Origin: Phyllobates terribilis | Taxonomy: Eukaryota | Length of the DNA: 64,000 nucleotides | Reading direction: 5' to 3' | NCBI RefSeq assembly: GCF_046119375.1 | Contig: NW_027362769.1 | Location: 176,514,001 to 176,578,000, forward strand | Shown: positions 44,486 to 55,370 of the stretch, piece by piece | How the letters are laid out: each line of letters begins with the position of its first letter | How positions within the stretch are numbered: the stretch's first letter is position 1 | Translations under genes and position numbers: made by a program | The notes under the pieces: model-generated | The model's database searches: none | Told to the model about the DNA's origin: nothing | What the model saw: only the letters and a program-made list of their open reading frames with translations

Positions 44486-47145
44486 GGGGGGCAGAGGGTG
44501 CGGTTACAGTATGGGGGCAGAGGGTGCGGTTACAGTATGGGGGCAGAGGGTGCGGTTACAGTATGGGGCAGAGGGTGCGGTTACAGTATGGGGGCAGAGG
44601 GTGCGATTACAGTATGGGGGCAGAGGGTGCGGTTACAGTATGGGGGCAGAGAGTGCGGTTACAGTATGGGGGCAGAGGGTGCGGTTACAGTATGGGGGCA
44701 GAGGGTGCGGTTACAGTATGGGGGCAGTGGGTGCGATTACAGTATGGGGGCAGAGGGTGCGATTACAGTATGGGGGCAGAGGGTGCGGTTACAGTATGGG
44801 GGCAGAGGGTGCGGTTACAGTATGGGGGCAGAGGGTGCGGTTACAGTATGGGGGCAGAGGGTGCGGTTACAGTATGGGGGCAGAGGGTGCGGTTACAGTA
44901 TGGGGGCAGAGGGTGCGGTTACAGTATGGGGGCAGAGGGTGCGGTTACAGTATGGGGGCAGAGGGTGCGGTTACAGTATGGGGGCAGAGGGTGCGATTAC
45001 AGTATGGGGGCAGAGGGTGCGGTTACAGTATGGGGGCAGAGGGTGCGATTACAGTATGGGGGCAGAGGGTGCGGTTACAGTATGGGGCAGAGGGTGCAGT
45101 TACAGTATGGGGACAGAGGGTGCGGTTACAGTATGGGGGCAGAGGGTGCGGTTACAGTATGGGGGCAGAGGGTGCGATTACAGTATGGGGGCAGAGGGTG
45201 CAGTTACAGTATGGGGGCAGAGGGTGCGATTACAGTATGGGGGCAGAGGGTGCGATTACAGTATGGGGGCAGAGGGTGCGGTTACAGTATGGGGGCAGAG
45301 GGTGCGATTACAGTATGGGGGCAGAGGGTGCGGTTACAGTATGGGGGCTGAGGGTGCGGTTACAGTATGGGGGCAGAGGGTGCGGTTACAGTATGGGGGC
45401 AGAGGGTGCGGTTACAGTATGGGGGCAGAGGGTGCGATTACAGTATGGGGGCAGAGGGTGTGATTACAGTATGGGGGCAGAGGGTGCGGTTACAGTATGG
45501 AGGCAGAGGGTGCGGTTACAGTATGGGGGCAGAGGGTGCGGTTACAGTATGGGGGCAGAGGGTGTGGTTACAGTATGGGGGCAGAGGGTGCGATTACAGT
45601 ATGGGGGCAGAGGGTGCGGTTACAGTATGGGGGCAGAGGGTGCGGTTACAGTATGGGGGCAGAGGGTGCGGTTACAGTATGGGGCAGAGGGTGCGGTTAC
45701 AGTATGGGGACAGAGGGTGCGGTTACAGTATGGGGGCAGAGGGTGCGATTACAGTATGGGGGCAGAGGGTGCGGTTACAATATGGGGGCAGAGGGTGCGA
45801 TTACAGTATGGGGGCAGAGGGTGCGGTTACAGTATGGGGGCTGAGGGTGCGGTTACAGTATGGGGGCTGAGGGTGCGGTTACAGTATGGGGGCAGAGGGT
45901 GCGGTTACAGTATGGGGGCAGAGGGTGCGGTTACAGTATGGGGGCAGAGGGTGCGGTTACAGTATGGGGGCAGAGGGTGCGGTTACAGTATGGGGGCAGA
46001 GGGTGCGGTTACAGTATGGGGGCAGAGGGTGCGGTTACAGTATGGGGGCAGAGGGTGCGGTTACAGTATGGGGGCTGAGGGTGCGGTTACAGTATGGGGG
46101 CAGAGGGTGCGGTTACAGTATGGGGGCAGAGGGTGCGGTTACAGTATGGGGGCAGAGGGTGCGGTTACAGTATGGGGGCAGAGGGTGCGGTTACAGTATG
46201 GGGGCAGAGGGTGCGGTTACAGTATGGGGGCAGAGGGTGCGGTTACAGTATGGGGGCAGAGGGTGCGGTTACAGTATGGGGCAGAGGGTGCGATTACAGT
46301 ATGGGGGCAGAGGGTGCGGTTACAGTATGGGGGCAGAGGGTGCGGTTACAGTATGGGGGCAGAGGGTGCGGTTACAGTATGGGGGCAGAGGGTGCGGTTA
46401 CAGTATGGGGGCAGAGGGTGCGATTACAGTATGGGGGCAGAGGGTGCGATTACAGTATGGGGGCAGAGGGTGCGGTTACAGTATGGGGGCAGAGGGTGCG
46501 GTTACAGTATGGGGGCAGAGGGTGCGGTTACAGTATGGGGGCAGAGGGTGCGGTTACAGTATGGGGGCAGAGGGTGCGGTTACAGTATGGGGGCAGAGGG
46601 TGCGGTTACAGTATGGGGGCAGAGGGTGCGGTTACAGTATGGGGGCAGAGGGTGCGGTTACAGTATGGGGGCGGAGAGTGCGGTTACAGTATGGGGGCGG
46701 AGGGTGCGGTTACAGTATGGGGGCGGAGGGTGCGGTTACAGTATGGGGGCGGAGGGTGCGATTACAGTATGGGGGCGGAGGGTGCGGTTACAGTATGGGG
46801 GCGGAGGGTGCGGTTACAGTATGGGGGCGGAGGGTGCGGTTACAGTATGGGGGCAGAGGGTGCGGTTACAGTATGGGGGCAGAGGGTGCGGTTACAGTAT
46901 GGGGGCAGAGGGTGCGGTTACAGTATGGGGGCAGAGGGTGCGGTTACAGTATGGGGGCAGAGGGTGCGATTACAGTATGGGGCAGAGTGTGCGGTTACAG
47001 TATGGGGGCAGAGGGTGCGATTACAGTATGGGTTAGAGGGTGCGGTTACAGTATGGGGGCAGAGGGTGCGGTTACAGTAGGGGGCAGAGGGTGCGGTTAC
47101 AGTATGGGGGCAGAGGGTGCGATTACAGTATGGGGGCAGAGGGTG
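44486..47145 (+). repeat. 26-bp G-rich satellite (GGGGGCAGAGGGTGCGGTTACAGTAT), left part, about 102 units
   Basis: Near-perfect tandem units, interrupted at the TSD GGTG. Confidence 0.97.
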
Positions 47146-48473
47146 TGACGCGCCCCCTGGGCCTGTGCTGCTGCTGCTGTGCAGGGGGAATACCCGGAGC
47201 CGGATCTGATAGGGGTAGTAGTCCTCGTGGCGGTGACCCGGTCCGTGCCCAGGGTGTCAAACCAAGTGGCAGAACTTCGAATAAGTTGTTATATCCTGCC
47301 GACTACGCCAAAAGTTGACGCGCCCCCTGGGCCATGTTAGGGGAATACCCGGAGCCGGATCTGTTGGGGATAGTAGTCCTCGTGGCGGTGACCCGGTCCG
47401 TGCCCAGGGTGTCAAACCAAGTGGCAGAACTTAGAATAAGTTGTTATATCCTGCCGACTACGCCAAAAGTTGACGCGCCCCCTGGGCCATGTTAGGGGAA
47501 TACCCGGAGCCGGATCTGTTGGGGATAGTAGTCCTCGTGGCGGTGACCCGGTCCGTGCCCAGGGTGTCAAACTATGTGGCGATGTTTTTAGTGGCAGATG
47601 TGATATTGTTCGACTACGCCACCCGTTGAATGCGGTTACGAAACCGCCGCTGCAGGGCAGACCGCTGAGGCCGGTGGTACGGTCGTGCAGCGTGGATGGT
47701 ATAACCCCCAACGGGAGGGGTATGGCCTCAGGGCAGCGGACGTGGATGATGAAACACTCAGAGACGGTGCGGTGTAATTCAGGGTCTTTACTGGTGGCAA
47801 AGATAGACCCTCCCGGAGTACTGGCTAGCGATCGGGGCCTGGTCAGTCCGTGAGCAGATGGGATCTCCCCTGGCCAGGCGGAGTTGTAGGCCTCCCCAAC
47901 TAATTGTACTCTTCTGGCTACCTTGCTAGAGGCGGGTAAAAGTAGCCCATGTCCCTGAGTGTACCGTGTGGTGCTCACCCGTATGGCCGGTGACTCGGGG
48001 CCTTCTGGTAGCTTCCGCTTCACGACGGCGGTGCTGGTCCCTTGCGTGTGACCGTGCCTTCGGGTTTCTTGGCCAGAGGACCTGAAATCCCCTGCCGGTC
48101 GGTTTCTGCTGCTGGGTAAGGATTAGTCCCCACAGCCTCGGACTCCGGGTCCGGTGAGAACTCTTCAATCAGGGCGAGCTCTACAGCTTCCAGCCCCTGA
48201 CCTCTTTTAGCACGGCTCCCACAGAGCTCCTGATCTCTCTTTCCCTATAGCTGCCTCACTCCAGACCAGACTGTGTCTCTGTCTGGGACTCCTCTTCTTC
48301 TCTTTCTCTCCTCTAACCCTGCCTCAGCCCCAGTTTATATAGTGGAAGTTCTTCCCCTCCCAGGACTGGGCAGGAGGTGTGGCATGCTTAGGATTCCTGA
48401 CCAGGAGACCTCCCACCTGCTCTCAGACGTAATATTGCTATTACTGTGGAAACCAGACCCCTGGGGTGCCACA
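47146..48473 (-). repeat. 3' LTR, 1328 bp = 1003-bp core (47471-48473) plus 155-bp unit (47316-47470) plus 170-bp unit (47146-47315)
   Basis: Three successive TGACGCGCCCC LTR-end motifs at 47146, 47316 and 47471. The PPT is adjacent. Confidence 0.93.
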
Positions 48474-48485
48474 TTCCCCCCTAGT
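48474..48485 (-). promoter_or_regulatory. Polypurine tract (ACTAGGGGGGAA)
   Basis: Purine run immediately 5' of the 3' LTR TG on the minus strand. Confidence 0.85.
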
Positions 48486-48982
48486 AAAATTTAGTACTCC
48501 GGGACTAAACATATATATATATATATATATATTTTTTTAAACATAACAAGTTATAAACAGAAACAGTACAGTAAAGAAAAACACATTAGGATGGTCACGG
48601 CGTGTCCACAACCGGGTGCAGTTTTTGAAGAAAACAAGGGTGTCCATTTCACCAAAGAACAGGGAGCCGTAACCAGGTAGGGGTCTGTCCTACCCCGAGT
48701 CTTTAACAGTCTTAGTCCTTTCCTGGGTTACGCTCCAAACATATATACAAAGGATTCCGGATAATCCATAAAAGACACCTATAAAATAACTAGAAATACA
48801 TAATTATTTACAAGCAACTATAAACAGGTACATACAAATAAAACAGTCTAAACACTTTAGATCCTCCAACGTACGGGCAACTGGCCTTTAATGGCCCTAG
48901 TAGACCTACGGAGCTGACTGACTGGTCCTAAGCTACAGGGTGTAGGAGCTGTTGAAGGTAAGCTGGGCAGCTGTCTACGGAC

Positions 48983-49606
48983 TCATTGGCTCACTAGGGG
49001 CACGGCAGGCTCACTATAAGCAGAGGGTCGATTCTCCTGGTCTGCTTGTGTGGGGTCTTCTGCCTCCTGGACCGGCTGCGCTTCCAGCTCTACCTGTTTT
49101 TCCGTAGGCACTTGGGATGCTGGCTGGAGGAAGGTGAGGACGGGTACCACAACAGCGCCATTTACTTGTGTCCAAGACCGAGGGAAGTCTCCGAGTACAG
49201 TACTGACCATCTCTTCCCTTTCCTCTGCGGGTCGAGGGTTTTCTTGATCTTCTTCAGGGTTTCGTAGCTTCTCGGGACACTTCTTCAGGTGATCTCGGGA
49301 GACAATGGCTGTGGTTTCTCCTCCATCCTTACTGATTGTGCAGACTTTTGGGTTCTCATGGCTTGAGGGCAGTACGGTGTACGGGTCCTTCTCCCACTGG
49401 TCGTCCAACTTGTGGAGCCGTCTTTTCCTCTTCAAGACCTGCTCTCCAGGTACCAGGGGAACAGCGGGAGCATACTGGTTGTAAATCTTCTCCTGTCTTT
49501 CTCTTGCTTGACAGAGACTTCGCTCAACGCTCTCCTGTACTTTCCGGTACTGCTGCTGCCTCTCTGTGTCCCAGTCTGCTTCTGGTGAAGTGTCCTCGGG
49601 TGTCAG
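48983..49606 (-). CDS. pol: C-terminal continuation of Pol (integrase C-terminal domain), separated from the rest by the nested LTR
   Basis: Removing 49607-50581 and one TCAG restores the frame LDMGVL-TPEDTSPE...GEQVLKRKRRLHKLDDQWEKDPY..., ending at TGA 48983-85. Confidence 0.9.
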   Translation of the reverse strand: MTPEDTSPEADWDTERQQQYRKVQESVERSLCQARERQEKIYNQYAPAVPLVPGEQVLKRKRRLHKLDDQWEKDPYTVLPSSHENPKVCTISKDGGETTAIVSRDHLKKCPEKLRNPEEDQENPRPAEEREEMVSTVLGDFPRSWTQVNGAVVVPVLTFLQPASQVPTEKQVELEAQPVQEAEDPTQADQENRPSAYSEPAVPLVSQ

Positions 49607-50581
49607 TGTGACACCCCAGGGGTCTGGTTGTCACAGTGATAGAGATATTACGTCTGAGAGCAGGTGGGAGGTCCTTTGGTCAGGGATCCTGTGCATGCCA
49701 CACCTCCTGCCCAGCCTTGGGAGGGGAAGAACTTCCCCTGTATAAACCCGGGGCTGAGGCAGGGTTAGTGAGTCCAGGAAGAGTAGAGACAAGAGCAGCA
49801 TAGGAAGCAGCAGAGTCACAAGGAGTCAGGGGCTGGCAGCTAAAGAGCTCGCCCTGACTAAGAAGATTCTTTACCGGACCCGGAGTCCGAGGCTGTGGGG
49901 ACTAACTTCTACCCAGCAGCAGAATCCGTTAGGCAGGGGATTTCAGGTCCCCTGGCCCAGAAGCCCGAAGGCCCGGTCACACGCGTGGGACCAGCACCGC
50001 CATCGTGGAGCGGAAGCCATTAGAAGGCCCCGAGTCACCGGCCATACGGGTGAGCACCACACGGTACACTCAGGGACGTGGGCTACTTACATCAGCTTCT
50101 AGCAAGGTAGCCAGAAGAGTACAGTCAGCTTGGGAGGCCTACAACTACGCCTGGCCAGGGGAGATCCCATCTGCTCAAGGACTGACCAGGCCCCGTTCGC
50201 TAGCAAGTACTCCGGGAGGGTCTATCGTTGTTACCAGTAAAGACCCTGAACGCTACCATACCGTCTCTGAGTGGTTCCTGCTACCCCCATCATCCACGTC
50301 GGCTGCCCTGAGGCCATACCCCTCCCGTTGGGGGTTATACTATCACGCTGCACCATCCTTCCACCGGCCTCAGCGGTCTGCCCTGCAGCAGCAGCCCCCT
50401 GGCTGCATTCAACGGGTGGCGTAGTCATCAACCATTTTCTACCGCTAACAGACTGCCGTCCAGTTTGACTCCCTGGGCACGGACCGGGTCACCGCCACGA
50501 GACTACAACCCTAAACAGATCCGGCTCCGGGTAAGCTCCCGCGTGCGCAACGCAGCGCGACACAGGCCCAGGGGCGCGTCA
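49607..50581 (+). mobile_element. Nested solo LTR (975 bp), diverged subfamily of the same family, antisense to the host
   Basis: TGTGACACCCC...GGGGCGCGTCA termini and TSD TCAG (49603-06 and 50582-85). Confidence 0.95.
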
Positions 50582-53500
50582 TCAGGACTCCCATATCCAG
50601 ATCAACAGGCAGCTTACCAGGTCTTGCTCTCATTAGGTAAGCCGGGGTACAGTTGGTAGAACCTACAGGGATGTGGTTGTATAGGTCCACCAGATCAGGC
50701 AGTTTCTCAGGCCACAGACTGCGTTCTTCCAGGGGCAATGTTTTCAGAAGGTCTATCACCACCTGGTTCATCTTCTCGCAGAGTCCATTGGTTTGCGGAT
50801 GATAGGGTGTTGTTCTTATCTTCCGGCAGCCATACAGAGTGCAGAACTCCTGGAAGACTTCCGCTTCAAAGGCAGGTCCTTGGTCCGTCAGCACCTGCTC
50901 TGGGTATCCGTGTGGACGGCAGAAGTGCTGCTGGAAGGCTCTAGCTGCTGTTTGAGCCGTTAAGTCCTTGACGGGGACTACAACCAAGAACCGGGAGTAG
51001 TGATCCACGATGGTTAACGCATAGACGTAGCCACTTCTGCTGGGGGTCAGTTTTACATGGTCCAAGGCTACCAGTTCCAACGGCTGCCTGGTGACGATGG
51101 ACTGCAGGGGAGTCTTCTGGCTGGCACGGTCCTTCCTTCTGAGGTTGCATGGGCCACAGTCTCTGCACCACCTCTCGATGGTTCCTCTCATGCCTACCCA
51201 GTGGAACCGCCCGCGCAGCAGGAACTCCAGCTTCTTCCATCCGAAGTGCCCAGCTCCGTCATGGTATGCCTCCAGTACCATAGCCGCGTCTCTTCTCGGC
51301 ACCACCACTTGCCAGATCAGTTCATGCGTCCGGGAGTTAACCATTCTGCGGCACAAACTCCCCCTGTAAAGGAACAGTCGACTCTTCTCAACCCACAGTT
51401 GCTTGGTTTCCTCCGGAGCGTCTGGGTCAAGGCGGGCATCTGGCTGAGTCAGCATCTCCTTCACCAGTCGGACAGCGGGGTCACTGTCCTGCGCTTCCGC
51501 CCAGTTGTAATGAGGTAAGGGGTTAAACGTAGCGGATTGCTTACCCCTTACACGGTGGGAATACTGGATAGTCCCATGACGGTGGAACGCGGGGAGTTCA
51601 ACTTCTTCCAGTTCCTCTGGATCTTCCCCTACGTCCGGTAGGTTTGGCATTCTGGACAAGGCATCCGCGTTGGTATTGGAGCGTCCTGCCCGGTATTTGA
51701 TCGTAAATTCATAGTTGGACAGACGGGCCATCCATCTCTGCTCCAGGGCACCGAGTCTTGCAGTGTCCAGATGTGTCAACGGGTTGTTATCCGTGTACAC
51801 GGTGAACCGGGAAGAGGCGAGGTAGTGCCTAAAGCGTTCGGTGACTGCCCACACCACTGCCAGGAACTCTAGCTTGAATGAGCTGTAATTCTCAGGGTTT
51901 CTTTCGGTGGGTCGTAGTTTTCGGCTGGCGTAAGCAATTACCCGTTCTTTCCCCTGCTGGATCTGGGACAGTACGGCTCCTAGCCCGATGTTACTTGCGT
52001 CGGTGTAGAGGATAAAGGGCTGGCTGTAATCAGGGTACGCCAGGATTTCATCCCCCGTGAGGGCCATCTTCAGCTGGCGGAAGGACTCTTCTTCCAGCTT
52101 CTCCCATCTGAAGGGCGGCTTCTGGTTCTTGGCCTTCCTGGACTGACCTATCAGGAGGTCCTGCATAGGAGCTGCCTTTTTGGTGAAACCGGGAATGAAT
52201 CTTCGGTAGTAGCCTACCAACCCGAGGAACTGCCGTACTTCCTTTACGCTGGAGGGTCTTGGCCATTCCTTAATCGCGGTGATCTTATCAGGGTCGGGAG
52301 CCACTCCGTCAGCACTCACCACGTGTCCCAGGTACTGCACTTTTGGTTTTAGCAGGTGACACTTCGACGGTTTCACCTTCAGACCGTAGTTTGCCAGGGC
52401 TTCAAACACTTCCGCCAGGTGTTTCAGGTGGTCCTCGTAGGTTTTGGAATAAACTATAACATCGTCCAGGTACAGCAGGACCGTCTCAAAGTTCCGGTGT
52501 CCCAGACAGCATTCCATCAATCGTTGGAAGGTTCCTGGTGCGTTGCAGAGTCCGAACGGCATGCAGGTAAACTCGCTAAGTCCCATCGGGGTGGTGAATG
52601 CGGTCTTCTCCCGGTCCGCCTCTGCTACAGGAACCTGCCAGTACCCGCTAGTGAGATCCAAAGTGGAGAAGAAGTTAGCAGATTTTAAAGCAGCCAAAGA
52701 CTCCTCTATCCTTGGTAAGGGGTACGCATCTTTGTGGGTGATACGGTTGATTTTCCGGTAATCTACACACATTCTCATGGTGTTGTCCTTCTTTTTAACC
52801 AAGACTAGTGGAGCTGCCCAGGGGCTACAGCTATCCCTGATTACTCCAGCCTCCTTCATGTCTCTAAGCATCCCCTTGGTGTGTTGGTAGTGTGCAGGGG
52901 GTACGGGTCGGTATCTCTCCTTTATGGGAGGATGGTCTCCCGTGGGGATGTGGTGTTCTACCCCCTTTACTCGCCCGAAGTCTAACGGGTGTTTACTAAA
53001 CACTCTCTCGTACTCTTGAACCACCCGATAGACTCCCTGTTTCTGGTGTGAGGGAGTGGAGTCAGTACCCAAATGCAGTTGCTGACACCAGTCCTTCATT
53101 TGTTGCTTAGAGCCGTTACCTTCCTCTGGATGAGATGGAGGCAAGGGTTCCACGGACTGTACAGAATTTTGGTTGATGGTATACAATTTGGCTAGCGTAG
53201 CATACCGGGGCAGGTACACTTCCCTCTTCCCGATATTTATTATGCGAACGGGCACCCTCCCATGGCGTACATCAACCACCCCCCGTGCCGTCAAAATGGT
53301 GGGCCTACTATCTGAGTAGACTGGTTCTACCATCGCCTGGTAATCTCTACCTCTCAGACCAATAGCTGCCCGGCACCAAATCATCATTTCACTTTTCGGG
53401 GGCATGGCAATAGGGAAAGGGTCACACATTCTCACGCTACCAATCTCACCACCGGAGAGTTCCACCTGTTGCCGTCGCATCAGTGCCCGGATCTCTTTTT

Positions 53501-54092
53501 GGAGCACTCGCTGCTGACCGGAGCTGGCGTTCTTGGCAACCTGCTGTAAAATGAGAATCACCTCTGCAAGACAATTTTCAATCACATTAGTTCCTAGAGT
53601 TATCTTTGGGTGACTCTCGCGCTTGTCAATGTCCACAATGATCAGTCCCTGTGCTGCCAGTTCGACTTTACCGATTTTAATGGTCACCTCTTTAAATCCG
53701 ATCTGTGGCACAGGCTGACCATTGCTGGCGATGATACTCAAGTCGTCGTCAGGGTAGCGGGTTATATCCGAGTCATTCCAGTACTGCTTGAAGAGCACGT
53801 ACGGGATGGTGGTGACCTGTGACCCGGTGTCCAGTAGGGCACTCATAGGAATGCCATCCAGTGCCACAGGCAAGACTGGACGTCCTCCCACGTATTTGTC
53901 ATGCCAGTTCGATGGGCCTGGTGATCTTATTCCTAGGGGTTGGCCCTCTACCCCAGGTTGTGCCAGTTTAAAGGACAGTACCTTGCCATATGTCCGGGTT
54001 GATTGCAGCGGCGGCAGATGGGTTGTCCGTCCTCGTTGTATCGGTCGCTGGGTCTTCCTCTGGCCGGTGGGGTCCTCCTTGGTCGGCGCCAT
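50582..54092 (-). CDS. pol: Pol polyprotein (protease, RT, RNase H, integrase), stop-free up to the nested LTR and probably expressed as Gag-Pol by -1 frameshift
   Basis: LLDTGS (protease), YLDD (RT), LYTDAS and TDNNPL (RNase H), HxxxxH/CxxC plus ALD, TDQG and GLCE (integrase HHCC and DDE). Confidence 0.95.
53914..53972 (-). promoter_or_regulatory. -1 ribosomal frameshift signal: slippery T TTA AAC plus predicted H-type pseudoknot
   Basis: Heptamer at 53966-72 in the gag frame, pol in the -1 frame, 8-nt spacer, stems CCTGGGGT/ACCCCTAGG and GGGCC/GGCCC. Confidence 0.8.
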
Positions 54093-54931
54093 GGGATATC
54101 CCCCGGTCCGGATGCCAGCTGGATCTTCCCTGGAGTAGAAACCTGTAAAGACTGCACAGTTCGGGTTAGCGCAGCAACGCTTTTAGTTAGCTCTTGGACC
54201 TGATGGTGCAGGTCTGTAGCCGGGCCATTGTTTAAAGCCTGCGCATTAGCTCCCACAGGCCCTGCCGACAAGGGCGCCGTCTCCTGGTGGTAAATGGTAG
54301 CAGGGCGTTTGTGGGTCACAGTGCCACCTGGTGCCGGTTCTCGGAGCACCCGGATGGCTCTGTCCTTGAACTGTGCAAAGTCCAGATGAGGGTCCTGTAA
54401 GGCCATTGCCCGCAACTGGGTTCGGTGGGCATTGCAATGTAGACCCTCTATAAATTGTTCAGTCAACAACTTGTCTTCGTTTCCCACGCCGTCAGGGTCG
54501 GCCTGCTTAATGGCTCTCAGGGCCTCTTGTAGGTTTAGTGCATAGTCCCTTATATTCTCATGTGCTCGCTGCTTGCACCCGTAGAATCTAAGCTTGATCT
54601 CGGCTGAGGTACGGGTATCAAAGGTGTCCTTCAGCCGGGCTAGTATCTCTGCGACAGTCCTCCTCCTCCCGAGTGGCCAGGACTTTACCTCCCTTTGGGC
54701 TGCCCCTGTTAATTGAGCCACCAGGATGCTCACTTTTTGCTCTTCTGTGAGGGGGTACACCTGGAAGAGGCTATCCAGCTTTTCTCTGAAGTCAGTTAGG
54801 GTATGTGACTCCCCTGAGTACTGGGGTAGCCAGGCTGCCCCCGGGATATAGGGCATAGTGAAAGGCATGACCGCAGCAGCGGTGGCGCTGGCGGTGGCTG
54901 TGGCAGTGAAGCTCTCCTCTGTATCCCACAT
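53948..54931 (-). CDS. gag: Gag (327 aa) with C-terminal CCHC zinc knuckle
   Basis: ORF upstream of and overlapping pol, containing CRRCNQPGHMARYC. Confidence 0.92.
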   Translation of the reverse strand: MWDTEESFTATATASATAAAVMPFTMPYIPGAAWLPQYSGESHTLTDFREKLDSLFQVYPLTEEQKVSILVAQLTGAAQREVKSWPLGRRRTVAEILARLKDTFDTRTSAEIKLRFYGCKQRAHENIRDYALNLQEALRAIKQADPDGVGNEDKLLTEQFIEGLHCNAHRTQLRAMALQDPHLDFAQFKDRAIRVLREPAPGGTVTHKRPATIYHQETAPLSAGPVGANAQALNNGPATDLHHQVQELTKSVAALTRTVQSLQVSTPGKIQLASGPGDIPWRRPRRTPPARGRPSDRYNEDGQPICRRCNQPGHMARYCPLNWHNLG

Positions 54932-55157
54932 CCTCCTCCCCCCTAGTGGACCGTGGCCTACCTTGCGATGATCCTCTTCCGTAGGCCGCGGCTCCGCAGT
55001 GGATCGTCAGGGTTGAGGACCTTCCGTCGCGCTCCTGTGACGTCGGCGTCTGCTGGGCTCCTTCCAGGACCTTACGCAACGTCCGGACGTGAGGCGGAGC
55101 TTCAGTTCTCGCGCGCTTTCGGAGTCCACGCCCCTCTTCTTCCCGCGCGGCGTCCTC

Positions 55158-55282
55158 AAGATGGCGTCCAATGGCGGGAAAACTCCACGGATGGCGGGAA
55201 GAAGGCAGAAGATGGCGTCGGATGGCGGGAAAACTCCACGGATGGCGGGAAGAAGGCAGAAGATGGCGTCGGATGGCGGGAA
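55158..55282. repeat. 51-bp tandem repeat (about 2.5 copies) in the element's 5' leader
   Basis: AAGATGGCGTCGGATGGCGGGAAAACTCCACGGATGGCGGGAAGAAGGCAG begins at 55158 and 55209, with a partial copy at 55260. Confidence 0.9.
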
Positions 55283-55347
55283 TCTTCACCACAGGTAAGT
55301 TTAACAGTCTTTTTCAGGCACGCAGTACCCGGTGGTTGCGGGCACGA

Positions 55348-55366
55348 AATCCTGCCGACTACGCCA
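55348..55366 (-). promoter_or_regulatory. Primer-binding site complementary to the tRNA-Ser (AGA/TGA type) 3' end
   Basis: Plus strand AATCCTGCCGACTACGCCA equals the vertebrate tRNA-Ser 3' end ...TTCGAATCCTGCCGACTACG+CCA. It lies 4 nt from the 5' LTR. Confidence 0.9.
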
Positions 55367-55370
55367 AAGT

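Noticed and set aside
44427-47148. 869-aa and other long ORFs over the 26-bp satellite (also 56343-57290)
   Set aside because: The 26-mer has no plus-strand stop in any frame, so long ORFs are automatic.
47293-47310. tRNA gene
   Set aside because: Only the 18-19-nt 3' end including CCA is present, which is a PBS copy and not a full cloverleaf.
48486-48982. Possible env gene between pol and the 3' LTR
   Set aside because: The interval is only ~500 bp, AT-rich with an (AT)n tract, and has no ORF.
54932-54940. GGAGGAGG before the gag ATG as a Shine-Dalgarno site
   Set aside because: This is a eukaryotic retroelement, and the motif overlaps the PPT-like purine run.
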